64,000 nucleotides of DNA from Eledone cirrhosa (lineage: Eukaryota), in NCBI GenBank assembly GCA_964016885.1, contig OZ024742.1:301320001-301384000 (forward strand). The letters are read 5' to 3'. Every line of letters starts with the position of its first letter. Position 1 is the first letter of the stretch. Position numbers and translations under genes: made by a program. The notes below the pieces were generated by a model that saw only the letters and a program-made list of their open reading frames with translations, was not told where the DNA came from and did not search any database. Positions 11,013-22,178 of the stretch are shown here, piece by piece.

Positions 11013-11345
11013 GAAAAGCACCCAGTCCACCCAGTAATGTGGTCATTCTGGTGTCACGATGAAAAGCACCCAGTCCACCCAGTAATGTGGTCATTCTGGT
11101 GTCACGATGAAAAGCACCCAGTCCACCCAGTAATGTGGTCATTCTGGTGTCACGAGGAAAAGCACCCAGTCCACCCAGTAATGTGGTCATTCTGGTGTCA
11201 CGAGGAAAAGCACTCAGTCCACCCTGTAAGGTAGTAGTGCTGGTGTCATGACGAAAAGCACTCAGTCCACCCTCTAAGGTGGTTGTGCTGGTGCTACAAC
11301 AAAAAGCACCTAGTCCACCCTCTCAACTGGTTTAAATGGCGTCAC
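11013..11345 (+). repeat. 48-bp minisatellite (~4 near-perfect plus ~3 degenerate units)
   Basis: Unit GAAAAGCACCCAGTCCACCCAGTAATGTGGTCATTCTGGTGTCACGAT at 11013, 11061, 11109, 11157, 11205... Confidence 0.9.
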
Positions 11346-11590
11346 AACAATATGTTCCTACTACATGCAGTAAACTGATTGGTGTTAGGGATGGCATCCA
11401 GCTATAGAAAGCCAAGCCCCGAATGGAACATATTAGCAAAACATGGTCACTTGACTAGCCTAGCCTTAGAACATGATAACTTTGCCTTTCATCCTTCTGT
11501 GGTTGATAAGATAAACTACCAGTCAAATACTGGAGTCAATGTAACTGACTCCCCTCCCTTTTTGTGCTTAAATTAGAAACCATTATTATT

Positions 11591-11802
11591 GGATTGGCAG
11601 TATCAATAGAGCGTCAGACACCATGCTTTGCGGCATGGAGTTATGTCCCTTTACGTTCTGAGTTCAAATCCCCCCGAGGTTAACTTTGCCTTTCATCCTT
11701 ACGGGGTCGATAAATTGAAGCACCAGTAACACACTGGGGTCGATTTAATCGACTTTCTCCTCCCCCAAAATTGCTGGCCTTTTGTTTCAATTAGAAACCA
11801 TT
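11591..11802 (+). mobile_element. tRNA-derived SINE (family A)
   Basis: GGATTGGCAGTATC...GAGTTCAAATCC...CTTTCATCCTTACGGGGTCGATAAA. Confidence 0.8.
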
Positions 11803-12116
11803 CTTAAGGGGTCTTACTTGATTGCTAGAAAATGTATACATGTATCATCATTTGACATCTGTTTTCCTTGCCAGGACATATGAGAAGTCAGTAGCTTCAC
11901 TTGAGCACTGACCAATCTGTGATAACCTGTCCAATCCTTACTTGTAGGAAAGATGGATGGTAAATTGTGTTGATGATGCTGATGATTTTTTTAAATAAAT
12001 GAACTGTTTGGTGTACTTTCTGTGAGCAAAAATAAACAAAATATTAATAAGATTTCTTGATTAAAGAAAAGAATATCATTCATTTAAAATTTTCTTTTTT
12101 CTTTTTATGGTTTTAG

Positions 12117-12182
12117 TTCTTCAACAAACTGGTCGGAATCCTTCAAAAAAGTCTCTTGAAAAATACAGGAAAAATGTAAAAG
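12117..12182 (+). CDS. EFCAB7: EFCAB7 coding exon 2
   Basis: Polypyrimidine tract plus AG at 12115-16; (V)LQQTGRNPSKKSLEKYRKNVK vs vertebrate ALQHAGRNPSQKTINKY; donor G|GTATGT, phase 1-1. Confidence 0.92.
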
Positions 12183-12602
12183 GTATGTGTTAATATAAAG
12201 GTGTTGAGAGCAGGTAATAGACTATAAACTTTTATTTCACATGATTATTCTTACAGATAAATACAATTTATATAAAAAAGAGAGACTTCCTCTACAAAAA
12301 AATGAGACACTCAATCACATGCCACAACAAAGGGCACAGACTTTTCCCTCTAATAATTTTTAACACACTTGCAGCACTGCCTCCTATTGATTGCGAGACT
12401 AAGACACTGGAATAACCAAGCACTCTCGCGGGCATCACCTAATATGTCAGTAAGGTGAGCCACCAATAATGACAAGAACTTTATTGTCAGTGGTAGTAGA
12501 TTGATTGCAAACTAGGATACTTTAATGGGATGATCAAATTAAAATGTCTTGAATCATAAATCTACTGGAGGATGATAGTAATATTTTTTAAATATAGTAT
12601 CA

Positions 12603-12603
<1 letters not shown>

Positions 12604-12640
<37 letters not shown>

Positions 12641-13042
12641 CTGTTTTAAGTCTGTTCTTCCACGCTAGCATGGGTTAGACGGGTTGTCCTGTTGTGGGCA
12701 GTGTCCGGTCGGCTGATCTTGTCTTGCTCATACGGGAACTGATTCTGGCTTGATTTCTACAGCTGGATGCCCTTCCTAACAGCAACCTCATTTACAGTGA
12801 GTGCTAGGTGCTTTTTTTTCCGTGGCGCCTACACGTCCACTTTACAGTGTGGGCTGGGTGCTTTTTTGCAGTGGAATGATAGAGACCCCAGTCCTATCAT
12901 CTCATTTCTACAGCTGAGTAAACTGGAGCAATGTGAAATAAAGTGTCTTGCTCAAGGAAACAACACATCAGCCGGTCCGAGAATTGAACTTACAACCTTT
13001 CGATTGCAAGCCTAATGCTCTAACCACTAAGCTATGCGCCTT
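12604..13042 (-). mobile_element. tRNA-derived SINE (family C) with RTE-type 3' end and (GAT)n tail
   Basis: Minus strand GGCGCATAGCTTAGTGGTTAGAGC...GTTCAATTC, CCTTGAGCAAGACACTT core; 3' part shared with the RTE 3' UTR at 22200-22420; second copy 61110-61445. Confidence 0.8.
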
Positions 13043-13369
13043 AAATTTTTATAACTACTGTCATTTTTTATGGCGTGAGTGCTTAAGTGCTTCTGTATCA
13101 CTGTGATCCTTCATTTTTGGAGGGTGGGGTCATGCACTGTGGTATTTAAAAATTATTAATCTTTGCATTTTGATGAAGATCTAAGTTTAACATTGTACTG
13201 TTAGATACAAAGTATGAAGCCTTTTGGTTAAAAATTTATAAATGGTTTCAGTTGTCATTTTGAGGTGCACCATTTTCTATAGTAAGTAAATAAATAAGTA
13301 AATAAACTCATTTTTGATGACATGGGAGCACTAGTATGTAAGTAAAACTGTCATTTAACAACAGTTAGA

Positions 13370-13510
13370 TATATAACAGATAGATATATATAATACATAA
13401 CAGATGTAACAGTTATATACATAACAGACGTAACTGTTATATACATAACAGATGTAACAGTTAAATATTTAACAGATAGCAGATATTATATACATAACAG
13501 ATGTAACGGT
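13370..13510. repeat. Short degenerate minisatellite (ATATACATAACAGATGTAACAGTT-like)
   Basis: Several imperfect tandem units. Confidence 0.7.
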
Positions 13511-13621
13511 CATCTAACTCATGTTGATAATGATGCAACTACCAACTGATTTATATATTTATTTAAAATGTGCCTGTCCAAATGCAAATGACCATAATAA
13601 TAATAGTTGATCACTATAAAT

Positions 13622-13818
13622 AATGGTTTCTGATTTAGGTACAAGGCCAGCAATTTTGGAGGAAGGGACAGTCAAGTAAATCAACCCCAGTACATTACTG
13701 GTACTTTATTTTATCGATGCCATAAGAATGAAAGGCAATGCCAATCTCAGCGGGATTTGAACTCAGAATGTAAAGCTGGATGTCCGATGCTCTGCTGACA
13801 CTGCCAATCCACTGCCCT
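13622..13818 (-). mobile_element. tRNA-derived SINE (family A)
   Basis: Homologous to 6327-6511. Confidence 0.8.
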
Positions 13819-14142
13819 TCATTACTATAAATAATAGTTGAGAAAATCAGGTAAGTTCTCTTCTAGATGGAAAAAGTGGACAGAGGTGCCTATGAGGAAA
13901 CAAACCCCACATATCTCAGATGCCAGTTGAATGTATTAACCACTGTACTAAAGGGCCATTGGCCAATAATTTTGCCTATTTAGAAAATTTTAAGGTTGTA
14001 GTTCCTGGTTGACTTTCTTCTGTTTCCAGGTGTATTTTACCTGATTTTCTCAACTATTATTATAGTCATTTGCCTTGGGATGCACATATTTCAAATTTTC
14101 CCTATGCTTCTTAAGCCAACTATTTATTTATTTATGTTATAG

Positions 14143-14288
14143 CTTCTATGAGTTTTGATGATTTCTGTAAGATATGCCCCAATGAACCTCAAACAACTGC
14201 AGTTGATCTTGTCCAAGCATTCCAATGTCTCGATGCTGATGGTGATGGTTATATCTCCTACAATAAATTGTTGAATCTTATGACAACA
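14143..14288 (+). CDS. EFCAB7: EFCAB7 coding exon 3 (EF-hand)
   Basis: AG at 14141-42; (A)SMSFDDFCKICPNEPQTTAVDLVQAFQCLDADGDGYISYNKLLNLMTT vs vertebrate LNFDDFC...FKQLDVNDDG; donor ACA|GTAAGT, phase 1-0. Confidence 0.93.
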
Positions 14289-14896
14289 GTAAGTGTTGTA
14301 GTTGTTGTTCTTGTTGTTTTAGTTGTAGTTGTTGTTTTGCAATGTTTTTTCTTTTGCTTTTGCATGTTCAATTCTTGTGTAAAATTTTGTGAGTGCTTAA
14401 CATGATCTAACCCATGCTAGTGTGGAAAAAATGGACGTTAAATGGTGATGATGATGATCATGTAATAATTTAGTAGAAAATATATAAAAAACAGATTTGT
14501 TAATTTAAATGTTTCCAATATGTTTACTAGTGGACATATCGTTGTGACCTTTTGCAATATTACAGAGACTAAATTGATAATATAAGCCTGGAGCTATCAT
14601 ATCTGAAGAAAATAAAACGTGATGGCCATGGCTAGAACATTTAGGTATAGGTTTGCTCTATGAGAACCAATTTAGGGTTAACCACTATAGTAAATAGCTA
14701 AATATATAATAAGTTGTTAAGAATTAAGGAAAATCTTGATTATACAAGATTTAGGGCCTAAGATGAGAATTTCTCCAGTTTGACTGTATTTTAGTAAGTA
14801 TAGTGAAGTATTTGCTTCATTGCTGAAAGCTTGATAATGCTGTAAGATGGAAATGTGTTTAGAGTTGTCTCCCATATGTATCAACCCAGTTAAAAT

Positions 14897-15080
14897 AATT
14901 GTTTCTACTTTAGGCACAAGGCCAGCAAATACCCAGTTCATTACTGGTACTTTATTTTATCGACCCCGTAAGGATGCAAGGCAAAATCAACTTCGGCGGG
15001 ATTTGAACTCAGATCGTAAAGGGACGTAACTATGCTGGAAAGCATGGCCTCCGACCCTCTACCGATACTGCCAATCCAAC
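14897..15080 (-). mobile_element. tRNA-derived SINE (family A)
   Basis: Highly similar to 6327-6511. Confidence 0.85.
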
Positions 15081-15147
15081 CCAATTAAAATAATGTCAAT
15101 GAGTTTTTCTCCTAAGCACATCAATATTTCTATTTTATTCACATTTG

Positions 15148-17900
15148 TATATTTACTTGTGGAAGTTGAAAGAGTCATCATCTATTGACAAATTCAAAGA
15201 AGTCCTACTTGATGCTTATTACAAAAGGGGAAAGGAGATAGTGACTTATAACAGAAAATTTGGGAGTTTCTATAGAACAGCTTACTGCAGGTTATACACC
15301 AGATCTGTGGTTGGTGTAAGGTCCCAACAAGATAGAAGGTAACGTGGTGGTGATGGTGGAATAGTAGTGTAGATAGAGCCATAAAAGTTAAGAGTCAGGC
15401 CTGATAAAAATGGAAGAAGGGAATAAACAGAGAGCAACACCAAGTAGCTAGAAGAGAAGCTAGGCATTAGATATCTTAACTAGGAGAGAAGCTAGGTATT
15501 AGATATACTTAGCTTGGTATTAGATATACTTAGCTAGCAGAGAAGCTAGGTGTTATATTTACTTAGCTTGTAGAGAAGCTGAAAGTAAAAAAGTTTGCAT
15601 ATGTTCTGAAATGTGTGGATAAGAGGCATGAGTCATTTTAGATTGCAAGACAGTGTACTAGACATCATGGGAGAGAAGTGTGTAGAGAATTATGTGTATT
15701 TATTGTTGCTGAAAAGGAAGTGCTAATATGTGGGGTTATTAAATGAGGAAAATACCAGGGAGTATGAGAGCCTACTCCCAATAGACCCAACAGATAGACC
15801 AGCTGTCTATACTGATGTCAGTACAGTTGAGAGTCCAGTTAATAATATAAAGTCAGGGAAGGCAGCTGGACAATCAAGTATAGTTGCTAAGATACTGAAA
15901 ATATCTAGTCTTGCTAGTCTTGTATAAAATCAATTAGGTAGTACACAATGAGGTCATACCTAGTGACTAGCATAACAATATCATCAGCAACTGCTACAAA
16001 GGCAAAGCAGATGTAGTTAAAGAGTGGAAACTATAGACACATGAAGTTGATGGACCAGGTAATGAAAGTTACTGAAACAGTCATAGCACAACTGATTAGG
16101 AAAGGAATTAACCTAGATGACATGCAGTTAGGTTTTGTATCAGGGAGAGGTATAACCAATGACCTATTGTTGGTGAGACAATTGCAGGATAAATACTCAG
16201 CTAGGAATAAACCACAAACCACAGTATCTAGAATTTATTGATCTGGAGAAGGCCTTTGACAGTATACCACACTCTGTCGTCTGGTGGGCACTGAGGAAAC
16301 TAAGTAAAGATGAATAGCTTGTGAGGGCCATAGAAGCCCTCTACAGAGGTGCAGTCAAAAATTAACAATGAATACCCACACTGTAAATGTGGTTGGTGTT
16401 AGGAAGGGCATCCAGCCATAAAAAACCTGCCAGACAGCCACGCTGTAATGTGGCCGTGTAGGTAACACGGTAAAAACCTCCCAGTCCCACACTGTAAATG
16501 TGGTTGGTGTTAGGAAGGGCATCCAGCTGTAGAAAACACGCCAGACAGTCCACGCTGTAATGTGGCCGTGTAGGCAACACGGTAAAAACCTCCCAGTCCC
16601 ACACTGTAAATGTGGTTGGTGTTAGGAAGGGCATCCAGCTGTAGAAAACCCGCCAGACAGTCCTATGCGAGCAAGACAACCACTCTTGCCTCAAGTGGGA
16701 AAACCCCCGTCCAAACCCATGCAAGCGTGGGACAGGGACGTTAAACGATGATGATGATGATGATGATGATGAATACAGTGAGGAATTAGTCCTTAATCCC
16801 CTTCTGTTTTTCACAGTCTTTTAGGCCATGACAATAGAGTTTAAGATTGGCAGTCCATGGTAATATACTAATTTTTATAGCTAAATCTGGAATAGATTTG
16901 GAGAGGAAATACTGACCTGGAAGCAAAACTGAGAATTGAGAAGTCTCAAAATAAATTTAGCAAAGACTAAAGTTTTAGTAAGTAGGAAAGAAGTCATATT
17001 CCTGCTACTGTCCTTTGTTATGGAACTGGTCCTTTGTCCACTGTATATCAATTACCTTATATGAAGAAAAGGTGTTGGTAATAATTTAATACTGCATGGC
17101 CAGTGTACATTGAGGAAGCACAAGAAATGTTGTTGGATTACACACAGGCTAAGAAAGAATGAAGTATTTGTATATGGCAGATGACAGCAACAGTAAGCAA
17201 TAACAACAGACATGAAATAGGCATTCTCCCTAGAATTAGTTACAGCTATTGTTAATTAGGGGGGCTAATTAATAGTGAAGATAGATGTCCCCAAAGCATA
17301 GTTGCTAGAATAAGAATCAGTTGGAAAAGGTTCTGAGAGCTATTACCTCTGCTAACAACAAAGGGTTCTCTCTCAGAATGAAGGGCAAATTGTATGATGT
17401 TTGTATATGAAGTACAATGTTGCACAGCAGTGACACTTGGACCTTGAATGTTTTGGTGAGTGTGTAATATTAGTGTGCATGAACTAAATATTAGAAGAAT
17501 CAGATGTAGTGTGCAAAAGATGCAAAAGAGAAGATTGTGCTGGTATGGACATGTGATGCATATGAAGGTTGGCAGTTAAATAAAGAAGTGCTGGGTACTC
17601 ACAGTGGTTGGGACTTTTAGAAGAGGAAGAGCTAGAAAAACATGGTACAAAGTGGTGAAGATTGATCTTAAGAATCTAAACCTCACAGTAGAGGTGACAA
17701 AGAACTAGGATGACTGATAACCTACAGTGTTAGAGATGACCCACATATCCACAAAAACATAGTGAAGGGCATCCAACCATAGAAATCATTCCAAAATTGG
17801 AATGAATTAGCAACACACTCTCCAACCTGTCTAATCTTAAACTATTCAACCCATTTCAGCATTCTAGCATGGAAAGCATATGTAAAATGATAATGGTGGT
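15148..17900 (+). mobile_element. Old, heavily decayed RTE LINE
   Basis: Remnant peptides WKLKE...FKEVLLDAY, KSGKAAGQS, KLMDQVMKVTETVIAQLIR, DLEKAFD; many stops and frameshifts; interrupted at 16376-16768. Confidence 0.85.
16376..16768 (+). mobile_element. 5'-truncated RTE 3'-UTR retrocopy with internal ~112-bp tandem units and (GAT)n tail
   Basis: TSD ATGAATAC at 16368-16375 and 16769-16776 splits the host RTE NNEYSEE codons; nearly identical to the reverse complement of 17910-18135. Confidence 0.85.
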
Positions 17901-17909
17901 GATGTATGT

Positions 17910-20900
17910 ATCATCATCATCGTCATCATCAGGTTTAGCGTCCGTGTTCCACGCTTGCATGGGTTTGGACGGGGGTTTTCCCACTTGAGGCAAGAGTGGT
18001 TGTCTTGCTCGCATAGGACTGTCTGGCGGGTTTTCTACAGTTGGATGCTCTTCCTAACACCAACCACATTTACAGTGTGGGGCTGGGAGGTTTTTACCGT
18101 GTTGCCTACACGGCCACATTACAGCGTGGACTGTGTGTTTTTTTATCGTGACACCTACATGATCTCATTTGTTTTGGCCTGGATGTTGTGGGACCAACAT
18201 AACTTTACATTGAAAGGGGCGGTGTGGATGGGGTGGAGGTGGTGGGACGGGGGGGTGTTTTGATAGAGATGCCTACTGACTGTAGTAGGTTTTTACTTTG
18301 TATTTAGGTAAGGCGGGTCTTCTCTATTACTGAGTACCGCCAAAGGTCTCGGTCCAGTGACATTGTCTTGGAGAGGTGTAAGCGTGTGAGGTCGGAATTT
18401 ATCAGCTCGTCCCATGTTTTTCTGGGTCTGCCTACTCCGTGGCTACCGTCTATCTTTATTGCCCTGCACTTTGTTATACAGCTGTCGTCTTTCATGCGCA
18501 TCACGTGACCGTACCAACGTAGCCTTCTCTCGAGTAAACAACATCTGATCCCTCTTATTTCTAATTTTTTCCTTAGTTCGTTTATGCTTTGCCGTTCACG
18601 TATATTACTATTGCACATCCAGCGGAGCATGCAAGCTTCGTTCCTCTCTAGTCTGCGTATATCCTCTGCACACAATGCCCAGGTCTCACTGCCATGCAGC
18701 ATTGCTGTTCGTATGCAGGCATCGTATAACCTGCCTTTCATTTTTAGGGAGAACCCTCTAGTGGCTAATAGTGGTATAAGCTCTCTGAACTTTTTCCATC
18801 CAGTTCTGACTCTAGCTACTGTACTTTCAGAGCACCCTCCCCCACTGCTGATTTTGTCACCCAGGTAACGGAAGCTGTCCACTATTTCTATAGAACCCTC
18901 TGCGCAGTTGAAGGAGCTAGTATTTTGTGGGCACTTGCTGCTACTTATTGCACCAGAGCACCGGCCACATGTAAAATCTATGTTCTTAGTTAGCTTACCT
19001 GTGATCCCACTACATCTTTTATGCACCCATACTTTGCATTTGGGACATAAAATGGAGTTTCTACCTACGCCTTTCCTACACACTGAGCATGGCCATTTCC
19101 CAGATGGGACTGCCGCCTTATTTTCTTTCCTACAAACTAGAACTTTAGTCTTAGCCAGGTTAATTTTAAGGCCTTTTGATTCTAGGCCGTGCTTCCATGT
19201 TTGGAATTTCTTCTCTAGCTCAGCCATTGATTCAGCTATGAGTGTTAGGTCATCTGCGTATAGGAGTTCCCATGGGCAACCGGTCTTGAACTCCTCTGTT
19301 ATAGCCTGAAGGGCAATAATAAATAGTAGGGGGCTAAGAACAGAGCCCTGATGGACACCAACTTTTACGCTAAACTCTTCACTATATTCGTTGTTAATTC
19401 TAACCTTACTGACTGTTTCTTTATATATGGCTTGTATAGCTCTCACAAGCCATTCGTCAACACCTAGTTTTCTAAGAGACCACCAGATAATGGAACGGGG
19501 GACTCTGTCGAAGGCTTTCTCCAAGTCGACGAAAGCTAAGTATAGGGGTTTACTTTTAGCTAGGTACTTCTCCTGTAGTTGTCGTACAATGAAAAGAGCG
19601 TCTGTGGTACTTTTGCCTGACACACACCCGAACTGCATTTCATCTAGATCAATTCTCTCTCTGATTAGTTGCGCTATTACTTTTTCCGTGACCTTCATGA
19701 CCTGGTCGATTAATTTAATGCCTCTATAGTTACTCCTATCTAGTGCATCTCCTTTTCCCTTATAGCAGTTAACGATGATGCTGCTACGCCAGTCCTTCGG
19801 AACAACCCCATTCTGTACGACTTGGTTAACTATCCGGGTGACCATGGTGTGTCCCACCGAACCAGATGCCTTCAGCATCTCAGCAACTATTTCCGAAGGA
19901 CCAGCCGCCTTACCCGTCTTCATATCTTTGATTGCCTTGCTTATTGTACTACCCTGGACTAACACTGCTGGTCCCTCTATTGGGTCGATGTGGGGGAGAC
20001 TGTCTTTCTCCCATTTGTTCTCCTCATTTAGAAGCCTTTCGTAGTGACACTTCCAAGCTACCTTCTTATCAGCGTCGGTGATGGCAAGTATGCCATCATC
20101 GTTAAGTACACACTTCTCCCCGACAATATCACGGTTTTCCTTGACACATTGCCTGGCAATCCTGAACACCTCACGTTTTTGGTCCTCACGTTGTAGAACA
20201 TGCTTGAACTTTCTTTCCTCTGCTTCCCTTCTTGCGAAGTACACTTGTCTCCTAGCTTCCCTCCTGGCCACTTGATAGTCTTCTCTACTTCCCCCATCCC
20301 GCCATGCTTTCCAAGCCTGCTTTTTGGCCTTAATTGACTCCTCCACCTTACTGTTCCACCACCATGTTACTCTCCTCCTACCTACAGGCCTGCTCCAGCC
20401 ACAGACTTCGTCTGCCGCCGTCAGCAGGTTTGCTCTCAGGAATTCCCACTGTTCCTCTATATTATACGACTCTAATTGCTCTTCCTTACTGTCGAAAGCG
20501 TCAAGTAATATGCTTTGAAATTTATTTCTGGCTATGGGGTCCTTTAGCTTCCATATTTTTCTCCTGAGGATAGTCCTCTTCAGCTGTCTAGTACGTCTCG
20601 TCCTGACTATGAGGTCGCTAATTATCAGTCTATGTTGGGAGGTGAATTCTTCATGGGGGAGGGATTTAGTGTTTACAACAGACACTCTGTCACGTCTTCT
20701 GGTAAGGATATAATCTACCTGGCTTGTGTGTTCCCCCGATCTATAGGTGATCAAGTGATTGTCTCGTTTTTTGAAGTTAGTGTTACAGATAGTTAAGTTA
20801 TTTGCATCCCAGAATTCCAGGATTCTGGAACCTTCCTCATTTCTAGTACCGAACCCATAGCCTCCATGGACTCCGTCATAGCCGTCACAATGTTGTCCAA

Positions 20901-21630
20901 CGTGACCATTTAGGTCGCCTGCAATAACTATATAGTCACTGTCGGTTATTTGGGAGGTAGCGAGCATCAGTGTCTCGTAGAATCTGTCTTTTATAGCACC
21001 GGGCAGTCCGGATTGTGGTGCGTACGCAGATATTACTGTCACCGTAGTTTTATTGAGGACAAGTCTTATTTTAATTATTCTGTCGTTCACTCTATTTACG
21101 TCTATTATCTTATCTGCCCACTTTTCTGCTAACATGATTCCTACCCCACCCAACCCATTGTCATTTCCCACCCAGAAAAGCTTATAGCATCGTTCTTTAC
21201 CCACGATGAATCTAGCCGACCCTCCCCTCCACCTGGTCTCTTGAATACAACAAACATCGACCTCCTTACGTTCAAGCATTTCTACAACCTCGTTAGAGCG
21301 ACCCTTTAAGGTGCCTACATTCATGGTACCAACTCTGAAGTTTTGGATTGCGTTTGGAGGGTGGGCGCGGGGGGGGGGGGGGGGGGGGTTTATGTTAGCC
21401 ATCCTGGGCCGAAACAAGGCGGAGTGCTTGCATTCTCGTCCACGAGGTGAATTTGTCTTTATCTTTGGCATTGTCGCTGAGCGTCCACATTTTTCTCTCT
21501 TCAACTCTCCAGAATTCCGTAGTCCATCCATCATATCGAAAAGCAACCAGTTAAGCGATAGTATGGGCCTCTGACTTATGATTGGTCCACGTAATAATGG
21601 TGGTGCGTGGGGGCGGGTGGGAGGGATGAT
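17910..21630 (-). mobile_element. Near full-length young RTE-clade LINE
   Basis: Single long ORF, 3' UTR 17910-18303 ending in (GAT)n; the 5' UTR may extend through the tandem repeats to ~22165. Confidence 0.92.
18304..21546 (-). CDS. RTE ORF: APE endonuclease, reverse transcriptase and PHD-like finger (1080 aa, uninterrupted)
   Basis: GTMNVGTL, CIQETRW, SAYAPQ, GDLNGHVG, SQHRL (APE); NYRGIKL, FVDLEKAFDRV, GVHQGSVLSPLLF, LLYADDL, FRYLG (RT); CSVC-X10-CPKC-X4-HKRC-X14-CGRC; true start codon uncertain. Confidence 0.92.
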   Translation of the reverse strand: MLFDMMDGLRNSGELKREKCGRSATMPKIKTNSPRGRECKHSALFRPRMANINPPPPPPRAHPPNAIQNFRVGTMNVGTLKGRSNEVVEMLERKEVDVCCIQETRWRGGSARFIVGKERCYKLFWVGNDNGLGGVGIMLAEKWADKIIDVNRVNDRIIKIRLVLNKTTVTVISAYAPQSGLPGAIKDRFYETLMLATSQITDSDYIVIAGDLNGHVGQHCDGYDGVHGGYGFGTRNEEGSRILEFWDANNLTICNTNFKKRDNHLITYRSGEHTSQVDYILTRRRDRVSVVNTKSLPHEEFTSQHRLIISDLIVRTRRTRQLKRTILRRKIWKLKDPIARNKFQSILLDAFDSKEEQLESYNIEEQWEFLRANLLTAADEVCGWSRPVGRRRVTWWWNSKVEESIKAKKQAWKAWRDGGSREDYQVARREARRQVYFARREAEERKFKHVLQREDQKREVFRIARQCVKENRDIVGEKCVLNDDGILAITDADKKVAWKCHYERLLNEENKWEKDSLPHIDPIEGPAVLVQGSTISKAIKDMKTGKAAGPSEIVAEMLKASGSVGHTMVTRIVNQVVQNGVVPKDWRSSIIVNCYKGKGDALDRSNYRGIKLIDQVMKVTEKVIAQLIRERIDLDEMQFGCVSGKSTTDALFIVRQLQEKYLAKSKPLYLAFVDLEKAFDRVPRSIIWWSLRKLGVDEWLVRAIQAIYKETVSKVRINNEYSEEFSVKVGVHQGSVLSPLLFIIALQAITEEFKTGCPWELLYADDLTLIAESMAELEKKFQTWKHGLESKGLKINLAKTKVLVCRKENKAAVPSGKWPCSVCRKGVGRNSILCPKCKVWVHKRCSGITGKLTKNIDFTCGRCSGAISSSKCPQNTSSFNCAEGSIEIVDSFRYLGDKISSGGGCSESTVARVRTGWKKFRELIPLLATRGFSLKMKGRLYDACIRTAMLHGSETWALCAEDIRRLERNEACMLRWMCNSNIRERQSINELRKKLEIRGIRCCLLERRLRWYGHVMRMKDDSCITKCRAIKIDGSHGVGRPRKTWDELINSDLTRLHLSKTMSLDRDLWRYSVIEKTRLT

Positions 21631-22165
21631 GGGTTGTTAGCGAGAATGTAAGGTTTAAGATAAGATCGCCGTATTTTGGGCATAATTTAACAATAAACGA
21701 AAATACAAGATTTGTTTTGTTTAAGAAAATACGATAGAGAAAATGCGGTGATAGGGAAAATATGATTTTTAGAGAAAAAATATGATATAGTGTGAAATTA
21801 GGACATAGAATAGTGATTGAATGAATGGATGGGTTGTTAGCGAGAATGTAAGGTTTAAGATAAGATCGCCGTATTTTGGGCATAATTTAACAATAAACGA
21901 AAATACAAGATTTGTTTTGTTAGAGAAAATGCGGTGATAGGGAAAATATGATTTTTAGAGAAAAAATATGATATAGAATGGTGAAAATATGATATAGTGT
22001 GAAATTAGGACATAGAATAGTGATTGAATGAATGGATTCGAATGGAGAGAAGAATCGAGAAAAAATATGATATAGAATGGTGAAAATATGATATAGTGTG
22101 AAATTAGGACATAGAATAGTGATTGAATGAATGGATTCGAATGGAGAGAAGAATCGAGAAAAATA
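21631..22165 (-). repeat. Tandem duplications (~200-bp and ~104-bp periods) at the 5' side of the intact RTE
   Basis: GGGTTGTTAGCGAGAATGTAAGG... at 21631 and 21831; GAGAAAAAATATGATATAGAATGG... at ~21957 and ~22056. Confidence 0.8.
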
Positions 22166-22178
22166 TTATATATATATA

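Noticed and set aside
11013-11345. CRISPR-like 48-bp periodicity
   Set aside because: Whole units repeat with no variable spacers; ordinary minisatellite.
12940-13042. tRNA genes at the heads of SINE families A, B and C
   Set aside because: A/B boxes are present but no full cloverleaf; each continues into a SINE body and occurs in several diverged copies.
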